In this document: piece after piece, positions 13,496 to 26,854 of the stretch
How the letters are laid out: every line of letters starts with the position of its first letter
Numbering within the stretch: position 1 is the first letter of the stretch
Source: Blasia pusilla
Lineage: Eukaryota
DNA length: 64,000 nucleotides
NCBI GenBank assembly: GCA_050084515.1
Contig: CM114271.1
Span: forward strand, 6,448,001 to 6,512,000
Direction of reading: 5' to 3'
Notes under the pieces: generated by a model
The model's input: only the letters and a program-made list of their open reading frames with translations
What the model was told of the DNA's origin: nothing
Database searches by the model: none
Position numbers and translations under genes: made by a program

Positions 13496-14859
13496 CTCCT
13501 GATCCACCTTGGTCAGCAAGGTTAGCGGATTTGCAATCGTACTGAAACCCTTGACATACCGTCGATAGAAGTTTGCCAATCCCATGAATGCACGATCTCG
13601 ACTGACATATGTAGGGCGTAGAATGCATGAAATAGCCTCTACTTTTTTCTACTGTATATCAAGGCCACTTGGATATATCGTATGACCCAAGTACTCAATC
13701 TTGTCGTAGAAGAACTTGCACTTGCTTGGATGTAGCTTCAGCCCATGTAATTGCAATCATCAAAATACCTCCTCTAGATGTTGCTAATGCTCCTCAACCA
13801 ATGACCTAAGATTTAATCAATATAACTTAAGACTAAGATGTAATCAATATAACACCTAAAAAAACCTAGACCTTCCAAGATCCTATCCATGATCCTTTGA
13901 AACTCAGCCGGGCCATTCTTTAACCCAAATGGTAAGAACCGCCTCTGGTACAAACAAAACTTCCCTTGAGGATCAATGCCCCAAAATACCGTCTAATGCC
14001 TGTCTTCCAATCTGATAGGCAATTGATGGTATCGGTCTCGAAGATTTAGCAAATTGAAGACCTTTGCATATCCAATAGTATCAAAGATCTCCTCAAGGGT
14101 GGGCATGGCATACCTATTGGACTTGGTATGTCGATTGATAGGTCGGTAATCTCCACACATCTAGCTATCCATCATGTTGCCATGCATATCCTTCTTGGTG
14201 GGCATGATAGTGGCAGATGCATACTCTCTATGCAACATCTCCACTAGTCCTACTCCAACCAAGTCCTCGCTCGTACTTTGAATCAGAGCCCTCTCCATGT
14301 CACTATAACTGTAGGGTTGTCGGAAGATCGACATGTCACTCACCAACTCAATGCGGATCCCTGGATCCTTAAGCGTACCCAAATCATGTATGCTAAATGC
14401 AAAACAGCTCCTATAACTCCTTAGGAACTATATTTGGTGTCGCTCTCCTCTTGTCAACTTAGGCCCCATATCTAGCTCCTAAGTCTCCATCGTGACTATG
14501 GTAGGACTCTCTTGCGAGGGTGTTAATGGTTGCTATAGTGCAACCCCGTCTCGGACAATAGAACTCGGTTGCTCCCCTGCAGCCAACTGCAAACTTTGAT
14601 CTCCACGTGCAGTGCCTAGAACCACGCTCAATGTTGTGGTTATCATCTCTTCGCATACCTACAAAAAATCCCAAGAAGTCCAAGGGTGTCTCTCCCGATC
14701 ACCTCTCGTGTGTCGATCTCCTCGGGTCTTGCCCCCAGCCACTGCCTCAACCGTCTCGGTAGGCATGGGGCTCACCAACGCAACAACTGGGATCTGTCGC
14801 ATCCTCAAACGACGCTGCTCAGCCACTCCTAAGCTGAAAATCCATGTCAAGCAGTTCAA

Positions 14860-15740
14860 GTCCATTGCTTGACCCAAGACATGACGTCGTGATGCCTTTG
14901 AGAGTGACTGTATTTCCATCACTCCTATGGGGAATCCCATCGCTTGCTCTTGCTCATCGGCGTTGGGCTCCACCAACCGATGTACCTAGTCATCCCAAAC
15001 CAAGCCAGGTCCGGCCTCCTTGAATGCATAGGAAGCGGAAAAACTCACCAATGTGGGAAAGGTTGCTCATGGCATGTCAATCATCGTGCCTCATTGCGTG
15101 TGATCGACCACCTGGATCTAGAATATAATTCACCAACAAATCGGAGGGGCGCTCCACTCTTGCATAAGCCCTCCACAAAACCTCATGTGGCACCTAGTTG
15201 GTCCACTAAAGATACGGGCGTTGTGCACGTGAACCTACACTCGCCGCATCCAACAACATTTCTTGGCCGATCCATGCCCACACCTGATGTGTATTCGTCA
15301 CTACGCGGGGCCCCGAATCGCCCAAAATCAACACATTCTCCATAATGTATTCTGGAGAACGAGACTAATGCATCATATCCCAAAATAACATGGATTGAGA
15401 GTCAGCTAACACGCTATCTCGTCCGACACTTGATTGGCCATGACACGGCCAACCAGCAATGACCAAGTCTATGGTCCCTACCCTCTCCAAGTCCTGCGCC
15501 CCTAACAATGAAATGTTCCTCGGTAGGGAACTCTGGTAACTCTAGATAGTGGAAGCAGACAACATGTCGGGAAATCGAAGGCGTAACTACGCCACTTGAT
15601 GAAGTGAAGCTTTCCTTGCAACATCATCAATCTCAATGTACGTGTACTACTGCACTCGCACTCTTGCCTGCAAAATAGTAGCTAAGCCAGTGCTGATCCT
15701 TCCAAAGAGATCCAACATACGAATACCCTCCTCTAGGATG
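14860..15740 (-). pseudogene. DNMT3-like C5-cytosine DNA methyltransferase domain inside pol (copy A)
   Basis: Motif I IRMLDLFGRIS; motif IV IDLVIAGWPCHG (~15440-15470); motif VI YIMENV (~15335); motifs IX/X EQEQAMGFP...RRHVLGQAMDL (14976-14860). Frameshifted. Confidence 0.85.
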
Positions 15741-18700
15741 CACCGCACAATTGGGGTGGTGTCCAAAGAGGTCATAGTAGCACCCCTAGCTACCTCGGGT
15801 TCCCCTGACCCATCACGCTCTGGCACAAACACCTCACTCCACACCGTCTGCACATGCTCATCAGATAAACGTCGGAGCTCCTCACTCAAGCCCCAGAGCA
15901 TCACCTCTCCTCCATTGAATGATGCGGCTACCATAATACTCCTCTCCCTAGAAGTGTGAGGCATGGGGGTGTCCTTTGCATGGACATACCCCTCAATCAA
16001 ATCAGAAGGCCATGTGATAGCGATGCTAAAGTTGCCATCTCTCCTGGTCGTCGCTCGATCACTCCGCATGTGAATCAAACGAGTAATGAACAAATTCATC
16101 CATCACCGGACCGCCATCATGATTTGTAGGACAATGACTCCTCCTAGTAATCCAGGTAAAACCCCATCGGGTACAACACTCCTCCACCAACCAAGACGTC
16201 TCAGGACTCTGCATCGGTCACTACCGTCTTGGCTCGCACCATAGACTCATCTCTAGGATGTCCTGGGAAAATCCTCACCATAACCTCCTGTCGGGTGATA
16301 TACTGTGTGGTACTCGCTCCATCCAAGGATATCTCTATCCGGAATGGACAACGCTCCACATCGGCTCTCGTCAAGCCCAATCCTCTGAACGCCGCTTTCC
16401 CCAACATCAGGGGTTGCACTCCCAAATCCAATAGGACACGCTGCGGACTAAAAACTCTTCCTCCTAGACTCACCAACTGGAAGACCTCTTCCCACTTATC
16501 CAACAACACAACACCAGGAGAAGTGATGGCATGCTCTCTCGCGGGTCTAGCGGGCATCTCCGCCATCCTAGCAACCACAGCCTACCATGAATTTGACGTG
16601 CACGGCCCGAGCATAAGCTCCAAGGGTAGGTCCATCACCTCCTCTGCAATCATCCCTAAGTGTGACACAAGAATACCAACTCCACGCTCACATAGCATAG
16701 CGGAAAGCCAAAAAATCTTGGCGGGCGTACCTCCCAATGTCATAACATCGGAAACAAAAAATTAAAGGAGCGTGGTATACATCAGTGGTCGTCCCCAACA
16801 ACGTGCTCGAGACATGCTACTCCTGAGCATCAGCAATAAGAGTTTTCACACTCGCTTCTCCCATTGCCCTCCGTGCCTGCATACCAACAACATCACCAAC
16901 TCTTCGGCAACTCTGATCAGGACCCATCGATGGGGTCCTCATGCATCGATGGGTCCTGATCAGAGTTCCTCATCACCTTCGACAATGTGAAGGAATGAGG
17001 AAGCCAGGTCTATTTCCTGGCTTCCCCTTGCTATGGATCCAACTCTATGGCTGCTCCACGCGTAACAACTACGGCAGGCTCCATCTAGGCAACCCCGCAC
17101 ATCCAACCGAGAATCCTCCATATCTCTGGCTGCTCCATAAGACGTCGATGCCCCGGATCCGGCATCGGGTAACCTCAATACCATAGCGGCAATCAGCTGA
17201 TGTATCTGAGAAGCCATCCCGGTCTCATGCCCGATGTCTCCCTCGACATGTCTAGGTGGTGGAACTCTACCTCCTCCACGGGAAACTCTAGCAACCCCTT
17301 GAGCAACTCCAGCTACTCGTCCCCCAACGGGACCACCTAGTGCACGACCTTTAGACCCACCCAGACCGGCTACTCGCTCTAGTGCCCTCTTTTGTCCTTG
17401 GTCTAGATGTAACTTAGGGTGCAAGGTGAAACACCTAGCGCGTCTGTGACCCTACCTCTAACAATAGTCACACTCATAACCTCTTGGTGTAGCACCATCT
17501 CCTCCTCCATGCTGAGGCACTTGTCCATGACCCTAACGAGTACAATCGCGTTGGTGATGGGCTTCACCATATGCCCAGCAAATAATCATAGGCGGCTGAT
17601 GTTGAGCGGGTAACTACTCTCGCCCATAACCCATGGTGGCTACGCTCTCCTCCGCCATATTGCGCTCAATCTTCTTGATGGTCCTAAATTAAAAATATCT
17701 CTCAACGTAGGTGAGGTGTTCATAAGAAACACCCCCTCTCACACCCGTGTCCGCAGGGATGGATCCAACATCGCGTACCATGACTAGATAGCTTGGGACT
17801 CTATCACCCCTTGAGTGATATTAATCAACCGGCGCAAGCGAGTGTAGGCCTCATGCAAACTCTCATCCGAGCGCCTTTGGAAGTCGTGGATGCTCCATAA
17901 CTTCTCCGTCCGTACCCCATGGTAGCTTGACCGCAACTCAGCAAAGAACTCAACCACAGGGTTGAACGTGGGACGAAGATGACTGGAAGGTGCATCTGCT
18001 CCAGTGCAAGTCACCCCTCCTAAAACATCACTGGTGGAAGAGGAAGAAGCCTCTCCTGGTTCCTCCTCCTAATCTGGGAACATCTCCGTCCATGACACAT
18101 AGTGTGGGTCATAGTAGAGTCTCCATGCCTCAATCTCATGGGCATATATCTAGGAGAACTCATGGTAATCTTCCATGGGCGCCCCCTCTAAATGTTGGAA
18201 CATACCGTTCCATGTTGTGAACGGGTTGAACTCCCTAGAGTTTCTAGCCCACTGTGAGTCACACCAACTCCTAAACTGTGTAATGAATTCGTGTAGCTCT
18301 ATAGTGCGTATAGCACCCGAAAACCTATGCGGTCCTCTACCCTGTTCGTCCATCTCGTACGCCCAACGAAGAACTCAATGTGTGTGGTGATGCACTAACA
18401 CACTCTTCTACACTCTCTCCCTCGTCTAAAGACGACACAAAAGGAGATCGCGGTGATCTCTCACGTGGCGACCCTCAAAACCTCGCGCCACTCCGGATAA
18501 ACCCTCTAGAGCTACTCTCAGGTCTACCACCTCGCCTCTCAAAGTCCTGAATGAACGCCCTGATGACCCTCATGCCCCTCTCACATGATAATTCTCTACC
18601 TTGGGAGTAATCGCTCAATCACTCAAACTAACCATACGGCACTCAATCTACACTCTCTCACTCAGACGTGTGTTATGCGGAAACAAGTGGCATGGTGCGG

Positions 18701-19608
18701 CAAATCAACTACTGTCTTATTATCTCATCGACATAACATATCATCAACTCTGGATATCCCACACATGTCTATGTCCCCTAAATCCATACATCAATAGTGC
18801 TCTCAGCATCCGCACGAAATCCAATATCCCAAATAACAATATAACCCAATACCCGGAAATCCCTAACACGGGCATGACAAAAGACCAGAATGGATAACTT
18901 GACAATAATGTCGATGTTGCTCCTCAAAAACTGCAAATCTTGACCCCAACTCAATTATGAAGACAAACTCCTCCAAAGAGCATGTCGTACTCCCCTGGTA
19001 TTGATGATGCTCAAATCTCCTCGATGTATGATACAGGTCTAGCGGTGCAGTGCGGCACTAGCGGCACGAAATGGCTACAAACAAAATGGCATGGCACTCG
19101 AGAATAGGGTTCGACATTCAGCGGCATACCCTCCTCAATCAACAAAACACAATCTGCTCCATAGTGATGATGGCGTTCCACGATCAAGACGATGCGATGC
19201 GGTCACGAGCGGCACGGCGCGTTGGGGCTACGGGCATCACGGCATGGTACTCGATAATCGACGAGTGGCTACCAATCACAACATAGCAAAGCAAAAAAGA
19301 AATGGCGAACCCATGACTCCAAAAAGATCACCGTCAAATCAACAACAGTGAAGAACGTCGTCGACGGCGGCCAACGGATGGAGCAAGGACAGCCCGCATG
19401 GACAGTGAAAGTCAATAGTAATTACGATATCTTTCATGTGGGTAAAAATGGTTCTATTTTGAACTTATTCAAAAAGTCGATTTTGTCTTCCCACTCTACT
19501 AACTTCTTAGACGAAGGGTCAACTAACTTAAATTATTCACATTTGGCGTATATTGCACTAAGCCCCATAAATATTGGGTCAACACCCACTAAATAAAGTT
19601 TCCACTCA

Positions 19609-20468
19609 AGTCGTGCAACCCAATATCTCTTTCTCCTACGCAAATTTTGGCAGCGCCTCCGCGCTAATTTCTCCCAAAAAAAATCTAAAACCTGTAAAAA
19701 CATCATTCAACAAGCTACAAGGCACTCTTGAGAGCACCAGCGTGGGGTAACCTGCCCCCATACTCAATTTCTATGCAAATTTTGGCAGCGCTTCCGCGTG
19801 CCACTCTTCCGTACGAAAAAACAGCAAAGGAAACAGCAAAAGTGAGTGGCTCTTACTCTAGTGAGCACTCCCATGAACCGCTAAACAGAGAATACGGTGC
19901 CCAAGCTGCAATAACAATGAGTGACCAGCAAACTCCCCCATTGAAACTCTCTCACTCACTCATTCTCTCTTTGTAAATGAAGTAGATCTCACATCAATAT
20001 CTCACACCAAGCTCTCCATGGTGTGGACTTTCTCTCATGTCAAACCAAACCCAGTCTCCTAATGAAAGGCTTGGGTAACACACATAAGGCCTAGAGGACC
20101 ATAGCTCTTCTGCCTTTTGCCAAGAAGTTCAACAAAGAGAGATTGAGCTCTCAAGCTCTCTCTCTTGGAGGTATACCCCCTTCCCTCTCCCAAGGTCTCT
20201 CCTCGGTAACCTATGCTCACATGTCATCTTCTTGGCTCTTGACCTCCTGTAGCGGGTCAAAGACCACTTCTCAAAGTGTAAATTCAACTATACTCCAAAT
20301 AGAAACTTACCAAAAATAGTAAGTTTCTCTATATGGATCCAAATGAGCCGAAACGAAGGGGAAACCTACTCTCTCAGGTTACCCGTGGCCTCAACAGGTC
20401 ATCCTCGACCTCTTGAGGCTTCCCTCTAGTATCTCCAAAGACGCTCTACTAGATCTCGGCAATTTATC
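19609..20468 (-). repeat. 5' terminal block (A plus extension) of copy A
   Basis: Direct repeat of 10215-10720. Reverse complement of 50389-50974 at the start of copy B; both blocks end at the same (C/T)ACGAC(A/T). Confidence 0.75.
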
Positions 20469-20978
20469 ACCATGTAGCATGCGTCAAGGTGATCCCATGG
20501 GTGCCCCAATTTTTTCCATTGCAAAATTTTGTGCCCTTCAAGGATTTCCTTCTTGTCTCTTTCCTTCTATTGTTTCCAATATCCATATTATAGTTCCTCT
20601 TTCTAAAGTGGTTCTTTCTTATATCCATTTTGTGCATCAACTCTCTATCTTAAAACTTAAAGTCCAATGTAGTAAATATCAAGGATGGTCTCCATCATGC
20701 CTTCCCTCAACATTCATCCAAATTATCCCACCTACTATTGATTGTACCACTTGTATCAAAGGGGTTTGAGTGGTTGGTGTCCCAATTGCCTTCATAGATT
20801 ATATATTTGAGGTTCTTGGTTGAGGCCCTTTGGAAAGCTAAGAAATTTGTTATCTCATCTAGGCGATCCCCAAGTACCTCATAGGATTCTCTTCTAATTT
20901 TTTCTACCACATCCATCCTATCTTCTTTGCACTTGCTCTCCCTCTTTAGAGTATAATCTAACATAGTTTGGCCTCTTT

Positions 20979-21999
20979 TTTTGTGACCCTCATAACCAAA
21001 CCTAGACCACATCCGAACATCAAAACTCTAGTGGGCTTACACTAGGACAGAAACGCATTGGAGTCTCACAAGTGAGACATGAGTTGCATAAGTGAGACGT
21101 GAGTTTTAATAGGCATCTCAGATGATGGGGTTGCGACCTAGAAAAGTGGGACTTGAGAAGAGCTCAAGTCCCACAAGAGTTGGGTGCCACAGGGATTGCA
21201 ATCTAGCTTGGAACTTTATGAGCATTTGGGGGTTTTCCATATTTGAAGTCATAATGACTAGACCCAAGATGCATTTACGATCAATAAGGAAATGCTCAAA
21301 GCCTCGCAAGAAGGTTTTTCCAAAAATTTTAGTTCTAATGTACTAAAAATTTCGGAAAAATGCGTTAACAAAGGTATAGAAACTATCCTTGAATTGTGAC
21401 AATGGTAGTTGGTTCACCGTTCAAGGTCACAAGGAGTGGTCCAAGAGGAGTTCCCTAGATGTAGGGAGGTGGAAGATCTAGAACTATACATAAGGGGGAG
21501 GATCCAAGGGTGTTTGGAACTTGAATCCCACCTTGGGAAACATGGAGGTGAACCAAGGGTACATGATGGATCAAGAGGTTAGCATTGGGTTTAGGGTCAA
21601 GTCAAGTCTAGGTGGACAAATTATATACACAAACTTTGGACCTTGACCCCTAAAATATTGAGTCCGAATTAGATACCCATTCAAGGTCCATTGGGCAATT
21701 ATACCACCAAGTGATGTAGCTACCTTTCAGGTGCCAAGACTATCAAGGAAATATGTCCCAAGTCTTGAATGACTTGCATGTGTTAGGGAATAAGAGATTA
21801 GAGATTAGAGTGATCCGTGTAGATGTGTCAAGCTTGAAGGATTATTCGAGACTAAGATACCAGAGACACAAGGATGATCAACCCAAACCGGGGCTAATTT
21901 GAGTGTGTTTAGATAAAGATCACTAAGGAGAACATGGCCTACTGAGTGCAAGCTTTTGCGACACATAAGATCCAAATTTTAGGGAGTAAGTGTACGGCA
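20979..21999 (+). mobile_element. Solo LTR of a second family (consensus start TGTCGCGACCCTCAT), inserted in the LINE relic
   Basis: Flanked by the 5-bp TSD TCTTT (20974-78 and 22000-04). Ends ...TGTACGGCA. Similar to 34556-35586. Confidence 0.65.
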
Positions 22000-22257
22000 T
22001 CTTTTGACATTTCTATTATGGAAACTTTTGATAAACTTCTTGGTTGGAATATATTGAAGGAAGATCATGTTGCCTTGGTTACACAATAAACTATCTAATA
22101 TTTCTTTTGGAGGCTTGGGGCTTTACTCTGCAATTGCATTTACACCAACAACTTTTTTGTGAAATTGGGTTATTGCTGCCCTCATTTTGACTTCAAGATT
22201 TCTCCAAGAAGTCAAAATTCCCCTCCCTCGGATTCTCTCCTCTCCATGGATTCTCTC

Positions 22258-22545
22258 TTAGTTTGTATACTAGTATACAAACTAGTGGTGGTTTGTATTT
22301 CTGCCCCCTTCCCTCATATTCTCTCATCTTTGTGCGGCTATTCTCCTCATGTATATACAAACTAGTGGTGGTTTGTATTTCTGCCCCATTCTTTCCCAAT
22401 CACTTCCATTGTGATACCTCGTATACAAACTTGTTTGTATATGACATCTTTTCTCTCCTTCCAAAACTTTCTCTCTTGTACCTAATGTACCTAAAAACTA
22501 ATGTAACTGCTATACTTGGTAGTTCGTACTAGTGGTTTGTATGAA
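22258..22545. repeat. Short palindromic/tandem repeat cluster
   Basis: Perfect palindrome gtttgtatactagtatacaaac at 22261-82 and two copies of tatacaaactagtggtggtttgtatttctgcccc. Confidence 0.6.
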
Positions 22546-23184
22546 TTACAAATTTTTTTCTCTCCCACCCTTATGAAAGGCTCGCATACTAGTTGTTATT
22601 CTATTGTAAGGTCTGATGTTGTCCACATTGTTTATGCGGTCACGTCTCATGACGGCCAAGATTAGTGTAAGAGATGGAATTGAGTAGAATGCTTAGGATG
22701 TATATATATTTATGCACTTTCCATTTTCATGATTGTTCTTATATTATGTTTCTTTTATTTGAAGACACATAAGCAACAGTTAAAAACTAGACAACCATCA
22801 CATCGTGGAAGATTCAATTCATTTACTGATTTGCCTCTTGTTGGACTATATCAACATTATATTCATGAAGATCATCTAATATCAAATCAATACTCATCAA
22901 GCCATATAGTCTCACTATAGATGTACAATAATGCATGTACAACGTTGAGTGAAGATAAGGAAAGATCGAGTTAACTATTTATACAAATTGCATATCTTAC
23001 TCATTAGTTAGCTTCAACTTATGACAACAATCATTCAAACATGCTTGCTCTTGAGATTGTAAAGCTGCAATCAAACATAAAAAGGACAATTTGCTAACTT
23101 CTCCAAAGATATTCAATATATGGTATTGGATTCTCAATATCCATTTCTCTCAATATCATTAATATGATCGGCCCCCTTATATGA

Positions 23185-23575
23185 GTAGAATCCTAGATTG
23201 ACGGTTATGACTTAGACGTCGGAGGAGTCATAGTAATATGACGTAGATGGTTTATGGAGTAGCGTTATTAGGATAATCTAACCCTATATTGCATCAAGGT
23301 GTGAGGCATCCTTATGCGTCACGTTGGTCTGGAGGCACAATGCTTGGTATGCCAAGATGGCGCAGGGGTCTAGAGATGTAGCCCTCACAAATTTGTTGTC
23401 TATAAATAATAACGAAGAAAATTAGGTTAGAAATCCTAGTTTCATGAGTAGTGAAACAGTTGGGAGCCGCACCGGTAGCGCATTCTCGTATGTCGAGTTA
23501 TCTCCATAGTCAGGTTCCATCAAAGCTCTTTTGTGAGCGCACGGACGGACTAGGCCACTTTTTATCTCCAAGATT
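23185..23575 (+). repeat. Dispersed repeat; inverted copy at ~28700-28985
   Basis: Long reverse-complement matches, e.g. gagcgcacggacggactaggccact vs agtggcctggtccgtccgtgcgctc. Confidence 0.75.
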
Positions 23576-26500
23576 TGTAACATAATTCAATGATTTTAAC
23601 ACATATGGTTAAACGTAGTCCGCATCCCCCACCCTTATGAGAGGGCCGCACACTAGTTTATTTAATGACGTAGATTACATATATGTTACTTCAAATTTGA
23701 TGTTGTTCCTTACCATGCAATCTCAATATGTGGAACATTAGGAAAAACCACTAAAACCTTATCTATAAAATATTCACTATACTAGTATTTAAACATTATC
23801 TAACTATAATTTTTTCCATGTTAAAATAAAATCACACCTCATATAAATCAAGTATAAGTATAACTAGTTACAAGCATATTTATATTATTTGATGAATCCA
23901 ATTAATTTTAATTTTGACCATCCTCATTATGAAAGAAGGGTCCTCACCCTCTTCAATTCATAACTCATAACTTATCAAAATTTGCATTCTAGTCAAGATA
24001 TCCTCCATACATCATTCCACACTACTTATTTTAAGACAAAACAATTTTCACCAGTTAAGTCCTCTTGTATTAAATATATATAAACTTTTCTACAAACTAT
24101 ATATTGCAATATCTATTCCCAAGTAGTATGCATAAATTCTAATTCTCTAGACTTTGTATTGAACCTTAGGTTATGAAGGATTTGTCAAGTGGTAGATATG
24201 ACAAGAAGATCCAAGTTAAGTTTTATCAATTGGAACAAGTAGATCAAATCTCCAACATTGACCTAAAGGGCATTGTAACAATATGGGATGCGAATATCGG
24301 TGAGATAATATGATTATCCATTGCCTAAACATCATACTATTACACTGGATAATTCTTTGGTTTAAAATTTACGTATGGTCTCGAGACGAACTTACTACTT
24401 GGGCGTCTACTATCTTATTATTTTAGTTACATATGGTTCATAAGGGGTCTGACCTGAGTTTGTCATGTCAATCTTACGAAGTATTATGGATTATGAGGAA
24501 TATGAGAGACAAGCTTTTAGTGTGGATAAGATTATTTTTAGGCAATGATAATGTAAAGGTGAACACCAATTAGGCTTCCACTAATGGTATTTAGTGTTGG
24601 AATGAAAAATAGATGTTGGTCTTATTCGTAGTATTTAGGAAAATTACGAATTTGAGGGATTTCGAAATCATCATCAAGAACTAAAATTTGCAATGTACTT
24701 CGCAATATCATACGGGGGTGTGGTGTAGAAGATAAAAAAACAAGTGTCTTCAATACACAAGCAACCTTCTTTTGTCAAATATAATGTGGGTTTCAAAAAA
24801 TTTATCACGATAAATAATGTCTTTGTGATCTAATGCCTGGTATTTTAATATCTCTCATGAAAGAACCTATTATTGTTGGAAAAAACCTAGGATGGAATTC
24901 AATATTATGGGTTTATTGAACTCTGATCAATTATCCCTACCAAGTGAAGTCTTGGAGACTAAGAGGTTTAAATGACTAAAGGTTCACGTATTCTCCCAAA
25001 AAATGCTTTACCCTCAAAAAGTAAGGGTAATACGAAATGTCTTGCTTCATAGCGTTTTCCTTGATAATATCTTCCGTTAACCAACAATGATGTACTAGAT
25101 CGGCGCCTACCATACAAGGAAAAGATAATAATTTTTATCCACAAATATTTATGCTACAGAAACAAATAATAATGGAGGATTACTAACTCTCAAAAAATCG
25201 AAAAAAAATCTCATGAAGAAACCCACAAAATGTGAGTGGAATTTGTCAATCAAATTTAAATAAATTACGTACATATAGATTTAAAAGTATTTTTGTTAAT
25301 TAGATTTCTAGAATATCCCTTATAATGCTTGTGTTGGAAGATTGTACTCATATAGGAGGATCTAAGAAGTGACGAAATTGCCATATTAAAAGAGGGAGAA
25401 ACTGATGCAAGATATTAGTTAAACAACATAATACATTTAAAATATTAGTTGGCTTGATGTTACTTCACAATTGGTCCGTACTACCAAATCAAAATGAGAT
25501 GCATATTGCATATTCCAAAGATAAGACTTTACTCTGACATGAGATATAATCCTTCATACGATTGAGACATCTCCTTAGCAAGATAGCCACCAACGTCTTA
25601 CTAGGAATATTTAGACCTTTGCCAAAAAATTATAGCTCCAAATAGGTTCTTGAGGTCTCAAAATATATAGATGAAAAAAATAAATTTATTCTCATGCATA
25701 TGTAATTACTCAAATATAATTATTTATTGTAAGAAAATGAAAAAAATAAAAGGAGACAACAAATGTTGAGTGGAGAGTCCAAAGAAATAAACTTGTGGAC
25801 TCAAGAAAGATATAATAAGGTAAGCTATAAGTAAACCTTCCAGATTTCGATGGTACTAACACTTAAAACGTTATTCGCTAGTATTTTCATATATTGGTCT
25901 ATATTTCAAGATGGCATAGTGTCATGTGTATTATTATTAGCGAATCCCTTCTCATTCATACCTCCTCACCATTTGACATGTGTCAATCAAGTTCGAACTA
26001 TTTTTTCTTCGTGCCACCCTAAAGTATGCCTTTTTCATTTTTCTGGTCGTTTATGGTTTAGGAGAGCTAATGATGGAGATTTTGAAATCTACACGTGCAG
26101 AGCACGGACACCTCACTAGTGTTTTTGTAAAGAAAACTACAATTTTTATAATTACAAAATAATCTTTTCTTTCACTTCTCTTCAATTTCATGCAAAAAGA
26201 AATTTGGTTAATATTATTTTACAGTACATTTCTTTGCCTTGCTATCAAAAGTATCACTACTCTTATCAATTGTTTGATTATATATTAAAATTTGAAGGAT
26301 CTGCCCAATATACAAAAGCATATTTTTCATCCCAAAATGGGCATGATGTTAAGGTTATTTCTATACTAGCTCCTCCAAAAGATTCTATTAGAGTAGATGA
26401 GCCTCCATAAGGTTCTGGTAGTTTCTTAAGTTTAGAATATATTCTAGCTAAGGTGACTAAAAGAAAAGTAATTACCATTTAGCTAACAACAGGAATGACA

Positions 26501-26854
26501 TTAGAAAAAACTGTATATTTATAACTTTGATTCTTATTGTAGAATGCTAGGTCTAAATGAATTGTTATTCATGCTAACTCTTAACATAATTTTATGTTCG
26601 TTATGCATTATAAGTGTTTTTTTTTTAATGTATTGCATTATAAACAACTTATTCAAAAGTTTATTTGTCATTGAGAATATAACTTTGTTTCATGAAAAGG
26701 ATACCGATGAAAGACCTTTATGGTGGTAAGATGGGGAATTATGCAAGAAGTTGGCAAATTTGTATTATTCGTGAGGATAGATTTAATAGTATTCAGACAT
26801 AATTATTACTCTTATTAAGAAATCACTCTATCATTGGAGTCTCTAAATCATAAG

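Larger units (their letters stand above)
10083..20468 (-). mobile_element. Near-complete, degenerate Ty3/Gypsy-type retrotransposon (copy A): gag-PR-DNMT-RT-RH-INT-PHD
   Basis: Minus strand, in order: gag ~18353-17400 with two CCHC-like knuckles; protease VLLDLGVQP ~16430; C5-MTase ~15740-14860; RT ~14490-13500; RNase H (VAYASRSNN..EAKYSSYEGECLA) 13080-12730; integrase (HHCC, WSLDFIGPLP, LIDHGTEF, DGLAERVVQTVK) 12300-11530; PHD 11175-11034. Boundaries are defined by the empty-site paralogue at 32505-33315. Confidence 0.9.

Noticed and set aside
10083-20468. DIRS/Ngaro tyrosine-recombinase element, suggested by the split repeats and methyltransferase
   Set aside because: It has an aspartic protease and a DDE integrase, no tyrosine recombinase is visible, and the MTase is C5-type rather than DAM-like.
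22258-22545. CRISPR-like repeat-spacer pattern
   Set aside because: Only two full repeats, eukaryotic context and no cas genes.
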